Shown: positions 26,201 through 36,519 of the stretch, piece by piece
How the letters are laid out: the number at the start of each line of letters is the position of its first letter
Numbering within the stretch: position 1 is the first letter of the stretch
NCBI RefSeq assembly: GCF_004010195.1
Contig: NC_057718.1
Coordinates: 69,495,098 to 69,559,097, forward strand
DNA: 64,000 nt
DNA from: Chiloscyllium plagiosum
Lineage: Eukaryota
Reading direction: 5' to 3'
The notes under the pieces: model-generated
Databases searched by the model: none
Told to the model about the DNA's origin: nothing
What the model saw: the letters and a program-made list of their open reading frames with translations, nothing else
Translations under genes and position numbers: made by a program

Positions 26201-27524
26201 AGCAAGGCATTTGATAGGGTTCCCCATGGTAGGCTCATTCATAAAGTCAGGTGCTGAAAAGACACAGCAGGCCAGGCTGCATCCGAGGAGCAGGAGAATC
26301 GACGAATTCTTCAGGAGAATTCCGGAAGAAGGGCTTATGCCCGAAACGTCGATTCTCCTGCTCCTCGGATGCTGCCTGGTCTGCTGTGTTTTTCCAGCAC
26401 CACATTTTTCAACTCTGGTCTCCAGCATCTGCAGTCCTCACTTTCTCCTCATTCATAAAGTCAGGAAATATGGGATACAGGGAGATTTGGCTATCTGGAT
26501 TCAGAATTGGCTGGCTGACAGAAGGCAGAGAATGATTGTAGATGGAAAGTATTCTGCCTGGAAGACAGTGTTGAGTGGGGTCCTGCAGGGCTCTGTTGGT
26601 GGGCGTCTGCTCTTTGTAGTTTTTATAAATGACTTGGATGAGGAGGTTGAGGGGTGGGTTAGTAAATTTGCAGGCTACAGCGTGACATAAACAAGATGCA
26701 GAGCTGGGCTGACAAATGACAGGTGGAGTTCAACCTGGATAAATGCAAAGTGATACATTTTGGAAGGTCAAACTCGAATGCTGAATATAGGATTAAAGAC
26801 AGGATTCTTGGCAGAGGGATCTGGGTGTGCAAGTGCATAGATCCCTCAAAGTCGCCACCCAAGTGGATAGGGTTGTTAAGAATGCATATAGTGTTTTGGC
26901 TTTCATCAACAGGGGGATAGAGTTTAAGAGCCGTGAGATTTTGCTGCAGCTCTACAACTCCCTGGTGAGACCACACTTGGAATATTGTGTCCAGTTCTGG
27001 TCGCCCTACTATAGGAAAGACACAGAGGCTTTGGAGAGGATGCAAAGAAGGTTTACCAGGATAGTGCCTGGACTGGAGGGCTTGCCTTATGAAGAAAAGT
27101 TGAATAAGCTTGGACTTTTCTCTCTGGAGAGAAGGAGGAAGAGAGGAGACCTGATCGAGGTTTACAAAATAATGAGAGGAATAGATAGAATCAATAGCCA
27201 GAGACCTTTCTCCAGGGCAGGACTGACTGGTACGAGAAGTCATAGTTTGAAGATATTAGGAGGAAGGTTTAAAGGAGACATCAGAGGTAGGTTCTTTATG
27301 CAGAGAGTTGTGAATGCATGGCATGCGTTGCCAGCTGAGGTGCTGGAAGCGAAGTCATTGGGGACATTTAAGCGACTGCTGGACATGCACATGGATAGCA
27401 GTGAGTTGAGGGGTGCATAGGTTAAATTACTATATTTTACATTAGGATTAATTCTCGGCACAACATCGTGGGCCAAAGGGCCTGTTCTGTGCTGTACTTT
27501 TCTATGTTCTGTGTTCTATGTTCT
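23240..27524 (+). mobile_element. Apparently full-length disabled CR1 LINE nested in an older CR1
   Basis: ORF1 from about 23454 (Cys finger DYICGKC, zipper, esterase VVGDST/LCCLPGARV/VHIGTND). ORF2 endonuclease (CVSFNARSV, ITETW, GDFNIPNIDW) and RT to 27420. (ttctatg)n tail. Confidence 0.93.
26252..26447. mobile_element. Penelope-like inverted pLTR fragment (family A) inserted in a CR1 RT
   Basis: TSD ctcattcataaagtcagg at 26234-26251 and 26448-26465. About 55-bp inverted arms. Hammerhead-like motif at 26323-26350 with U4 changed to G. Confidence 0.88.
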
Positions 27525-28635
27525 CCCTCCTCTGTAACCCCTCCAGTGCTGTCACATTCTTCTTGCAGTGCGGCGACCAGAACTGTATATAGTACTCCAG
27601 TTGTGGCCTGACCAACGCTCTGTACAACCCCAACATCATCTCCTTGCTCTTATACTCTATGCCACGATGAAAGCAATTATCCTATTTGCCTTATCTATTC
27701 TATTCACATGCTCTGCCAATTTCAGGGATATGTGAATAATTACCACAAGATCCCATTATTACTTTAAGTTACCGAGTGTTGTGCAATTCATTAAATACTC
27801 ATCTTGTTTCTTCTTCCAAAGTAAATCACCTCTCACTTAGCTGGGTTAAATGCTATCAGCCTGGTCTGCCCATCTGACCAACCCAGCTATATCGTCCCGT
27901 TACCTACAAACCATCTTTTTTGCTATTAGCCTATCTACCAACCTTGGTGATGACTGCAAATTTGCTTAACATTCGCCCATATTTTCATCTACTTCATTTA
28001 TGTATATAACAAACATTAAGGGTCCCAGTATTGTTCCTTGTGGACACCGGCCTCCAGTCACTCAAACAGCCTTCTACCACTATCCTTTGTGTCCTATTAC
28101 TAAGCCAGTTTCTGATCCATCTCACCAAGTTTCCCTCAATTCTATGTGCTTATACCTTTTCAAACAGTCTCCTATGTGGGATGTTATCAAGAGCTTTGTT
28201 AAAATCCATTTCAACTACATCAACTAAACTTCCCTCATCTACATAGTTGATCATATTTTTTTCAAAATTCTAACAAATTTGTTAAGCATGACCTCCCTCT
28301 CCAATAGTTTCCCTACCACTGACATGAGATTCACCAGCCTGTAATTTTTGGGTTCATCTCTACCAAAAGTGGAACCACATTTGCCATCTTCCAGTCCCCT
28401 GGCACTTTCTCCATCGCCAGAGAGGAATTGAAAATTTGTGTCAGAGCCGCCTTCAATTTCGGCTCGCCCCCCACAGCAATTTATCCAGGCCAGGTTATTT
28501 GTCTGTTTTTAAGCCTGACAGAGCCTACAATACCTCCCCTGTGCAAGATTCGGAGATGCCGGTGTTGGACCAGGGTGTACAAAGTTAAAAATCACACAAC
28601 AACAGGTTATAGTCCAACAGGTTTAATTGGAAGCA

Positions 28636-28670
28636 CACGAGCTTTCGGAGCGACGCTCCTTCATCAGGAT
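28636..28670 (-). ncRNA. Minimal hammerhead motif on the FNDC1 sense strand (intact core, weak stem I)
   Basis: AUC-CUGAUGA-A-GGAGC-GUC-GCUCC-GAA-AGCU-C^GUG. Only one stem I pair forms locally. Confidence 0.65.
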
Positions 28671-28673
28671 AAT

Positions 28674-28708
28674 CACCTGATGAAGGAGCGTCGCTCCGAA
28701 AGCTAGTG
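28674..28708 (+). ncRNA. Minimal type I hammerhead ribozyme motif (intact core)
   Basis: CAC-CUGAUGA-A-GGAGC-GUC-GCUCC-GAA-AGCU-A^GUG: stem I CAC/GUG, 5-bp stem II, palindromic AGCU in place of stem III, cleavage triplet CUA. Confidence 0.82.
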
Positions 28709-29695
28709 TGCTTCCAATTAAACCTGTTGGACTATAACCTGGTGTTGTGTGATTTTTAACTTTGTACTCCCCTGTGCAAGTTCATCACAGTCTGTTTTCC
28801 TCAATTCTATACAAACATTCTCTTTTTCCAGAGTGAAGACTGAAGAGAAGTATTCATTCAATACCCTTCCAATAACCTGAAGCTTCACATACAGGTTGCC
28901 CTCTTGGTCCCAAATGGGCTCTACACATTCCCTTTAATGTACTTATAACATATCTTTGGATTCTCCCCAATCCTGTTTGCAAGTCCTTTCTCATGCCCCC
29001 TTTTGCTCTTCTAATTGTTTTCTTAAGTTCCCTCCAGCATTCCCTGCATTCTTCTAGGGCTGCAGATGAATTGCCCCCTTTGGACTTGCTAAACTCCTAC
29101 TCTTCTTCCTTATCCACTCCTGAATTGTTCTAGATATCCAGAGTTCTCTGAACTTATTGCTCCTAAATTTCCCTCTAAAGGGTACATGTTGGACCTGTGC
29201 TCTCTCCAGCTTCTTTTTGAATGCTCCCCATTGCTTCATAAGGAGCTATTCTTAGTCTACTGTGGCCAGATCCTGCTTTATTTTAATAAAATCTTCCTTA
29301 TTCCAAACCAAAGCAGTATTTTGAAGACCATCTTTTTCCACATCCAGAACATATCTGTACCATGATGTGTTGTGGTTGCTATCACTAAAATGATCCCCCA
29401 CTGCTACATTGAACACTTGTCTGGCTTCATTCCCAAGAACCATATCTAGCACTACACCATCCCTTGTTGGGCTTTCTATGTGTTGATATAAAAAAAACTT
29501 CCCTGGATATGTTTCAAGAAATCCGCTCTTTTGAGACCCTTAATGCTATGACAATCCAAATTTACGTTGGAAAAGTTGAAATCCCCTAGTATAATTACCC
29601 AATTCTTACTCATACATATTTCTATGTACTGTCTACATGTTTGCTCCTCTTTTTCCTGCTGACTCTTTGGAGGTGTATAATACATTCCCAGTATT

Positions 29696-29790
29696 ATTCC
29701 CTGAAGAAGGGCTCATGCCCGAAACGTCAATTCTCCTGCTCCTTGGATGCTGCCTGACCTGCTGCGCTTTTCCAGCAACACATTTCCAGC
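29696..29790 (+). ncRNA. Penelope-like pLTR fragment (family A) with an intact hammerhead core at 29701-29728
   Basis: CUGAAGA-A-GGGC-UCAU-GCCC-GAA-ACGU-C. Stem I pairing is poor in this copy. Confidence 0.7.
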
Positions 29791-29861
29791 AAAGAACAAG
29801 CCCAGTTTGTTCAACCTTTCCCCATAAAACACTTGCTCATTCCAGGTATCAATCCTTTTCA

Positions 29862-29990
29862 GGGAGAAAGTGAGGACTGCAGATGCTGGAGATCAGAGCT
29901 GAAAATGTGTTGCTTATGCCCGAAACGTCGATTCTCCTGTTCCATGGATGCTGCCTGACCTGCTGCGCTTTTCCAGCGACACATTTTCAG
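29862..29990. mobile_element. Penelope-like inverted pLTR fragment (family A), hammerhead truncated
   Basis: 14-bp TSD atcaatccttttca (29848-29861 and 29991-30004). An antisense part is followed by a sense part starting at tatgcccgaaacgtcg. Confidence 0.85.
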
Positions 29991-30027
29991 ATCAATCCTT
30001 TTCAATCAGTCGATTGATATTCATTAA

Positions 30028-30520
30028 TCAATTGATGTCCCTCTTGGTCTGTATGTGCAAAGATGAGGGAGAGTGGATCACATCATTTAGTAGCCCATTG
30101 GTGTTCGTGAAGTCAGATGGCTAATTTTCTAAATGATATGATCCATTCTCCCTCATCTCTGTACATACAGACCAAGAGGGCCATCGATTCAACTATGACA
30201 AAGCAACCATTCTAGGACAGGCCAACCAGAGACACGCAAGAGTGTTCTTGGAATCCTGGTTTTCAACCAAAAAGGCCATCAACAAACACAAAGATAGACC
30301 CAGTGTTCAAACTGCTGCAGAGAAGACCTGGAAGTGACACTCACCCCAACAGACCAGACCACATAAAACCCATGCCGAACAGAACAGCACTTCATGAAAG
30401 TCACAATGATGATGTTACCCAGCATGGTAACAAAACGTCAGCACAATAACTCAGCAGCTCGGCAAGCTAACCAACTACCGCATCCACAACCTGAGCTACA
30501 GATCTTCGCAAAAACCTTAA
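30028..30520 (+). mobile_element. 3' end of a third Penelope-like family (GIY-YIG C-terminus plus decayed hammerhead) with a 5' inverted duplication
   Basis: From about 30137 reads YDPFSLISVHTDQEGHRFNYDKATILGQANQRHARVFLESWFSTKKAINKH. Motif aUGAUGA-U-GUUACC-cagcau-GGUAAC-aAA-ACGU-C at 30406-30439. About 60-bp inverted arms at 30028-30090 and 30129-30190. Confidence 0.75.
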
Positions 30521-31096
30521 AAATGTGCTAATATTTTACAACAGTATTTGTGTGGCACCTTACCTTCTAGAAATCCAAATATAGTACATCACAGGGTGCC
30601 CCTTAGCCATTGCAGATGTTAATCTTTTAAAAAATCTCCAATGAATTGTTAAACATGATTTCCCTTTCACACACCATGCTGACTTCCCAATTTCCTTTAA
30701 CGTGGCCTAAGTGCCAATTATAATTTCTCTAACAGTTGATTACAACATCTTCCCCACCAAGTTGCAGAAGTAATGCTGACAGGGAAATTCCTTCACTTGA
30801 GCACACCAGCCCCATTACATCAGTCTTGCTATATTATGTAAAGCAAGGCTTATTGTGTACATTACCAAATATCTGGGCCTTAAGAATATGTTCAGATCTG
30901 GCATTTTTAATGCTTAACTAACAAAATAGACTTGCTTCTTAACCATTTCAGGACATCTGCTCTCTCCAGTGCCATCATATTCTCATTCTGGAGACCCCCT
31001 CCTCTCACCCTTTCTTTCCTTCTCTAATTTTCCTCAATACTTTCTATCCAGGGATGTTTTCAATCAATCAAATCCTGGCCCTTGGGGTAGGGGATG

Positions 31097-31414
31097 GGGG
31101 CGGCACGGTGGCTCAGTGATTAGCAGCGCCAGGGACACGCATTCAATTCCCGCCTCGGGAGACTGTCTGCGTGGAGTTTGCACGTTCTCCCCATGTCTGC
31201 GTGAGTTTCCTCCGGGTGTTCCAGTTTCCTCCCACAATCCAAAGATGGGCAGGCCAGGTGAATTGGTCATGCTAAATTGTCCATAGTTTTAGGTGCATTA
31301 GTCAGGGGTAAATATAGGGTAGGGGAATGGGTCTGGGTGGGTTACTCTTCGGAGGGTCGGTGTGGACTTGTTGGGCTGAAGGGCTGTTTCCATACTGAAA
31401 GGAATCTAATCTAA
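31097..31414 (+). mobile_element. HE1 / V-SINE (tRNA-derived shark SINE)
   Basis: A-box head ggcacggtggctcagtg, V-domain gtctgcgtggagtttgcacgttctccccatgtctgcgtg...ttcctcccaca, LINE-like tail and (aatct)n end. Confidence 0.92.
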
Positions 31415-32212
31415 ATTAACTTTGTCTCCATTACTGCTACAACATCATATTTCCATGAGGTCATGTTTTGCCCAGAGTATGCCAAACTGATTCAGCATCC
31501 TCCTTGCATTTTTATATATTAAATCTTAACTTGACACCATCTAACCCCTTACTGTTTCACGATCTTGTAAAATCTACCCTCTTTCTGAATCCTTTTTAAA
31601 CCTTATTTATCCTTCCTAAAGCTATATCTTGATTTATATACCCTGGCCAAGTTAGTCTAAATCTTCACCAACACAAATAAAATACCTGCAGCCCTGTTGG
31701 CATTGAATTTGTCTGGCCTGTCTGGGTTCCACTGCCCTCAAAATGGATCTAGTTTACTTTGACAAAATACTATGTTACAGAGTTTTAACTTGGTGTTTGA
31801 CGCATTTCCATAGCATAAACAGCAAAAGGTAATACTCATTAATCAACCTCTACCCACAGTCTTGTGACAACACTCCTTGATTATTCAATTTGATTTAAGC
31901 CCTGCTTTGGAGCCCACAATGCTCTGATAATTATTCCTCCCTGTTTTTACATTTTCAACCCTCTTTCATGATGCTTTGTTCTCAATAACTGACTAAAGGG
32001 CTATTTGGATGAGAGACCAGTTTACCCATTAACTAATGAAAATAAAGCTAATTAAAATTAGAGGGTTGGACAGGAAGAAGGGGAATGGAAGGGAAGTAAT
32101 TGATATGGCAACTGGAAAAAGAGTCAGGGAGCGTACATCAAGTGTTGGTCGAAGTGGTTTGTACTCTTGGATCATTCTATAGTACTGGGAGAGTTGATCT
32201 CCTTTAAAACAT

Positions 32213-32346
32213 AGACGGAAGTGGGTATGCAGATGCTGGAGATCAGAGTCAAGATTAGAGTGGTGCTGGAGAAGCACAGCCGGTCACGCAGCATCTGAGG
32301 AACAGGAAAATCGATGTTTTAGGCAAAAGCCCTTCCACCAGCCCTT
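32213..32346 (-). mobile_element. Penelope-like pLTR fragment (family A), decayed hammerhead
   Basis: 11-bp TSD ctttaaaacat (32202-32212 and 32347-32357). Homologous to 26340-26447. Confidence 0.8.
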
Positions 32347-32361
32347 CTTTAAAACATGCTG

Positions 32362-32693
32362 GGTTATCAGGAGATCAGGGACTCAGGTTCATTTCCAGTC
32401 TTGGGTGACTGTCTGTGTTTAGTTTGCATGTTGTCCTCATGTCTGCATGAGTTTCCACTCTGTGTTCTGGTTTTATCCCACAATCCAAAGATGTGCACGT
32501 TAGGTGGATTGGCCATGCTAAATTGACCAATATGTCCAGGGATGTGTAGACTAGGTGGATTAGCCATGGTAAAAGTGCAGGGTTACAGGGTAGGATGGAG
32601 GGTGGGTGTAGGTGTGATGCTCTTCAGAGGGTTCATGCAGATTAGATGGACTGAATGCCCTCTTTCTGCGCTGTAGGGACTCTATGATTCTAT
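32362..32693 (+). mobile_element. Older HE1 / V-SINE
   Basis: gactgtctgtgtttagtttgcatgttg...cacaatccaaagatgtgc...ggccatgctaaattg and tail tctatgattcta. Confidence 0.85.
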
Positions 32694-33453
32694 AAGATTT
32701 GAACATTTTCCTGTAAAGTACTTTCGGATCCAGTTATATATATATTTTTAAAGAGCTCTGACCTATTAAAACTGAATAAGTTGGAAGGTTTATAAAAGAG
32801 CTGTCAGTCTACATCGGATTAAGTTTGGAAAAACATAGCAACTCTTGACTTTTACAGAAAATCTCTTGATCATTAAGAGTATGTTTCTTGATCTATGAGA
32901 TGGTAGAATTGGCATTACTGAGGCTGTTTTGGCTGTAAAACACTGCAGCAATATCTTCTTACTGGCTAGAAGTACTTTCTTGCCTCTCAGAAGTGACAAT
33001 CCATTCTAAAGTTTAAATCAGCACACATATTGCAAGAAAAGCCTTTCGAGTTCCACACCATTGCTGACATCTGTCAACACTTCCAATATTTAAAACAGCA
33101 TAGCCATATTTATCAAATTTAACATGAACAGACATACATAGACATGGGTTCCACAAACAAGACATTCTAGTAAATAACAGTTATCAGCTTAACATCGGAT
33201 GATGATATTTCTCTCAAGTGAAAATGGAAATAACAAAGCACACTGTCTTTCAGGTATTGGTTACAAAGTTACTGAATACGAAACAAAATTAAGTTTATTC
33301 AAAACTAGTAAGGCCATCAGATTCAAATCCTCCAACACATCGGAAATAAAGTCTATTCCCAATAACTCAAAGGGTGCGGAATTTGAATTTAGCCTTCTTG
33401 ACAGGTGAAGTAAATGTCATCAAATAATATAAATAAATTTGAACATGGGGTTA

Positions 33454-33693
<240 letters not shown>

Positions 33694-34110
33694 TCAAGAA
33701 GAACACAAAAATAAAACATTAGGCTTGTATAACATTTTACTGTTGTGAGTCATCCACAGTGGGTGCACGGATAAATTTGGCAGGTGAAACAAAAATTCAA
33801 GAGTTTGGTACTTCAAGCCATTTGGGTTGTTCTCTTACTCCATCTTTGAGCTGTTCTTTATACTTTTTTGATGCAATGTAACAACTTACAATCAAGAATT
33901 TGACCACTCCAAGGTCCATGATGTCACTGCTCTTGAGCCAGCTGCTGATTCAAAACACATTCAGTAAGGAAGTGCCAGTAAGGAAGTGATTTATTTGCTC
34001 TATGGCCACACAGATCAGAGAGCTGGGAGCATGAACCTGCTATTAATAATCACTGTCATCACTAAATCCCTATTGTTTATACTTTCAATTGCTGCTACTT
34101 TACTATCAGT

Positions 34111-34229
34111 GATGTGGAGGAGCCAGTACTGGACTGGGGTGGACAAAGTTAAAAATCACATAACACCAGGTTATAGTCCAACAGGTTTATTTGGAAGCAC
34201 TAGCTTTCGGAGCGCTGCTTCATCAGGTG
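34111..34229 (-). mobile_element. Penelope-like pLTR fragment (family B), hammerhead stem II deleted
   Basis: Homologous to 28548-28668. Has cggagcgctgcttcatcagg instead of the longer stem II. Confidence 0.82.
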
Positions 34230-34292
34230 TTTTATCATGCAAAATGTTTCAAAAGTGGAATTCAATGACATATATCTCTGTGCTTAAGCATA

Positions 34293-35995
34293 GATGTGGA
34301 GGTGCAGGTGTTAGACTGCGGTGGACAAGGGCAGAAGTCACATGACACCAGGTTTATAGTCCAACAGGTTTATTTGAAATTTCAAGCTTTCAGAATGCTA
34401 CTCCTTTATCAGATGAAGTGAAGAAAAGCACACAGGCACAGAATTTATAGGCTGAGATCAAAAGATCATACAAATGGTGTGAGTGGAGTGTCGATAGCTG
34501 AGTAATAAGTATCTGCAGATGATCAAAAATGTCAGACAGTGTGAGTAAAGTGTCAACACCTGAATAGCAACTGAAGGGATGACCTATAGTTCAAATAATT
34601 GAGTCAGAGAGATAATTACAAAAAGTTAAAAATAAGGTGGTGCTGGAGACAAACCAAATGGCTGGAATAACATGATAGGTATGAGTCACATGCTGATGGT
34701 CTAACCAAAGTAGCAAGTAATCCAAAACTATACAAACTAATTAAGGTAGAGAGATCATAGCAAATTATCAAGGTGATAGTGCCAAAACAAGACAGTAACA
34801 TTTCACAGATACAGAACAGTACGGTGGGGTTAAATGTAGCACAACATGAACCCAAGATCATGGTTGAGGCTGTCTTCATGGATACGGAACTTGGCTATCA
34901 GTTTCTGTTTGGCGATCCTGCATTGCTGTGTATCTCAAAGGCGGGCTTGAAGGATGCTTACCCAAAGAATGTCCTTGACCACTGAAGTGTTCCCTGTCTG
35001 GAAAGGAACAATCCTGTCTGGCAGTTGTGCGGTCGGGAGTGTGGTGCTGAAAAAGTGTAGCAAGTCAGGCAACATCCGAGGAGCAGGAGAATGGACGTTT
35101 CGGGGGAAAAGTCTTTTATTAGGAATGATTGTTGTGCAGTGTCCTATCATTTGTTGTTGTAGTATCTGCATGGTCTCGCCAATATACATGCCTCAGGGCA
35201 TCCTTGCCTGCAGCATAGGAGGACAACGTTGGCTGAGTCACATGAAAATCATCCTTGTACGTGGTGGGTGGTGTTCCCACATGTAATGGTAGTATCTATG
35301 TCGAAGATCTGACATGTCTTGCAGAGCTTGCTGTGATAGGGTTGTGTGGTGTTGTAGTCAATTTTATCCTGAAGGCTGGGTAGTTTGCTGCGAACGATGT
35401 CTACTTGGTAATTTGGCAGTTGTTTGAAGGGGAGAAGTTGGGGCGTAGGGATGATCTTGGCGAGATGTTTGCCGTCATCGATGACATGTCGAAGGCTGCA
35501 AAGAACATGGTGTAGTTTCTCTGCTCCAGGAAAGTACTGGACAATGAAGGGTACCCTATCAGTCATGTCCAATGTCTGCCTTCTGAAGAGGTCATGGCAC
35601 ATGAGACGTGGTGATCGATGAGTTGAGCATCATATCCCATTCTTATGAGAGCATTTTTCAGCACCTTTAGGTCTGTTGCATTTCTCCTTGTCTGAACAGA
35701 TCCTGTGTATACGCAGGCTTTGTCCATAGGTGATGGCTTCTGAAACATGTTTAGGGTGGAAGTTACAGAAGTGCAGCATCATGAAGGTTTTCCGTGGGCT
35801 TGTCATAGAGGAAGGTAGTGAGGTGTCCATCCTTGAGGTGTTCAAGAATGAGACTAATTTTGAAGCGTAGTCCATGGTAAGTCTGATGGTGGGTTGCAAC
35901 TTGTTGACATCATTGCGTAGTCGCTTCAGTGATTCTGTACTATGAGTCCAGAGGAAGAAAATGTTGTCAATGTATCTGGTGTCTAGCATTGGTTG
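34293..35995 (-). mobile_element. Penelope-like retroelement (Neptune-type) 3' portion: RT C-terminus, linker, GIY-YIG and pLTR; disabled
   Basis: Minus-strand ORF remnants RYIDNIFFLWTH...PTIRLTMDY...VSFL (RT), FHPKHVSEAITYGQSLRIHRICS (thumb), DRVPFIVQYFPG...CKTC (linker) and YIGET (GIY-YIG). A family-A pLTR piece is nested at about 35035-35127. Confidence 0.9.
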
Positions 35996-36056
35996 GAGGA
36001 GGCATGGTATATTGGTGAGACTATGTAGACACTATGACAAGGGATGAAAGGACATC

Positions 36057-36519
36057 ATGCAACAACCACCAGACAGAAACGTTCTCTCCCAGTTGGGAAA
36101 CACTGCAGTCGTCAAGGACATTCAGCCTCTGATCTTTAGACAAGCGTTCTCCAAGCCAGCCTTTGAGATACACAACAATGTAGAATCGCATTGCATAACA
36201 ATACTATTTTGTTCAAAAAGTACACAGTCTGTAGGCAGTCAGTCCATGTGACACTTTATAAATACCAACTTTGGAAACAGAACAGTCTGACTCAAGGTTG
36301 GGATACAGATAGACTCTAACGTCACATCTTTAATGCATTGTCTGAGCTGAGATGTCACTTTTTTTATAAAACCTCAAGTTATTCCAAGGACTGTGACTTG
36401 AAAGAAGTTCTGGAATTTACATATTAATCAATCAAAATCTGCAATCCCATTCTAACTGCTCAAAGACTTAACAGCAATTTTGGTTTGTTCAATACATCAC
36501 ATCAGTTGTATGACACTTT
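36057..36519 (+). mobile_element. Plus-strand Penelope-like segments (36057-36188 is an inverted copy of 34915-35030; the rest is a 3' region split by the L1)
   Basis: Reverse-complement similarity to 34915-35030. The sequence resumes at 40562 after the L1 TSD and runs into a family-B pLTR. Confidence 0.7.

Larger units (their letters stand above)
28548..28766. mobile_element. Young Penelope-like palindromic pLTR insertion (family B)
   Basis: 14-bp TSD ctcccctgtgcaag (28534-28547 and 28767-28780). 92-bp inverted arms at 28577-28668 and 28676-28767 with 2 mismatches. Confidence 0.92.
27525..29695 (-). mobile_element. Old CR1 ORF2 (RT and endonuclease remnants)
   Basis: Minus-strand ORF pieces: YYTPPKSQQEKEEQ...ILGDFNFSNVN, LDMVLGNEARQV, and RT fragments. 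Confidence 0.85.

Noticed and set aside
31097..31170. tRNA gene calls from A/B-box heads (also 42930-42988 and 54620-54693)
   Set aside because: They continue into the V-domain and LINE-like tail, so they are SINE heads rather than tRNAs.
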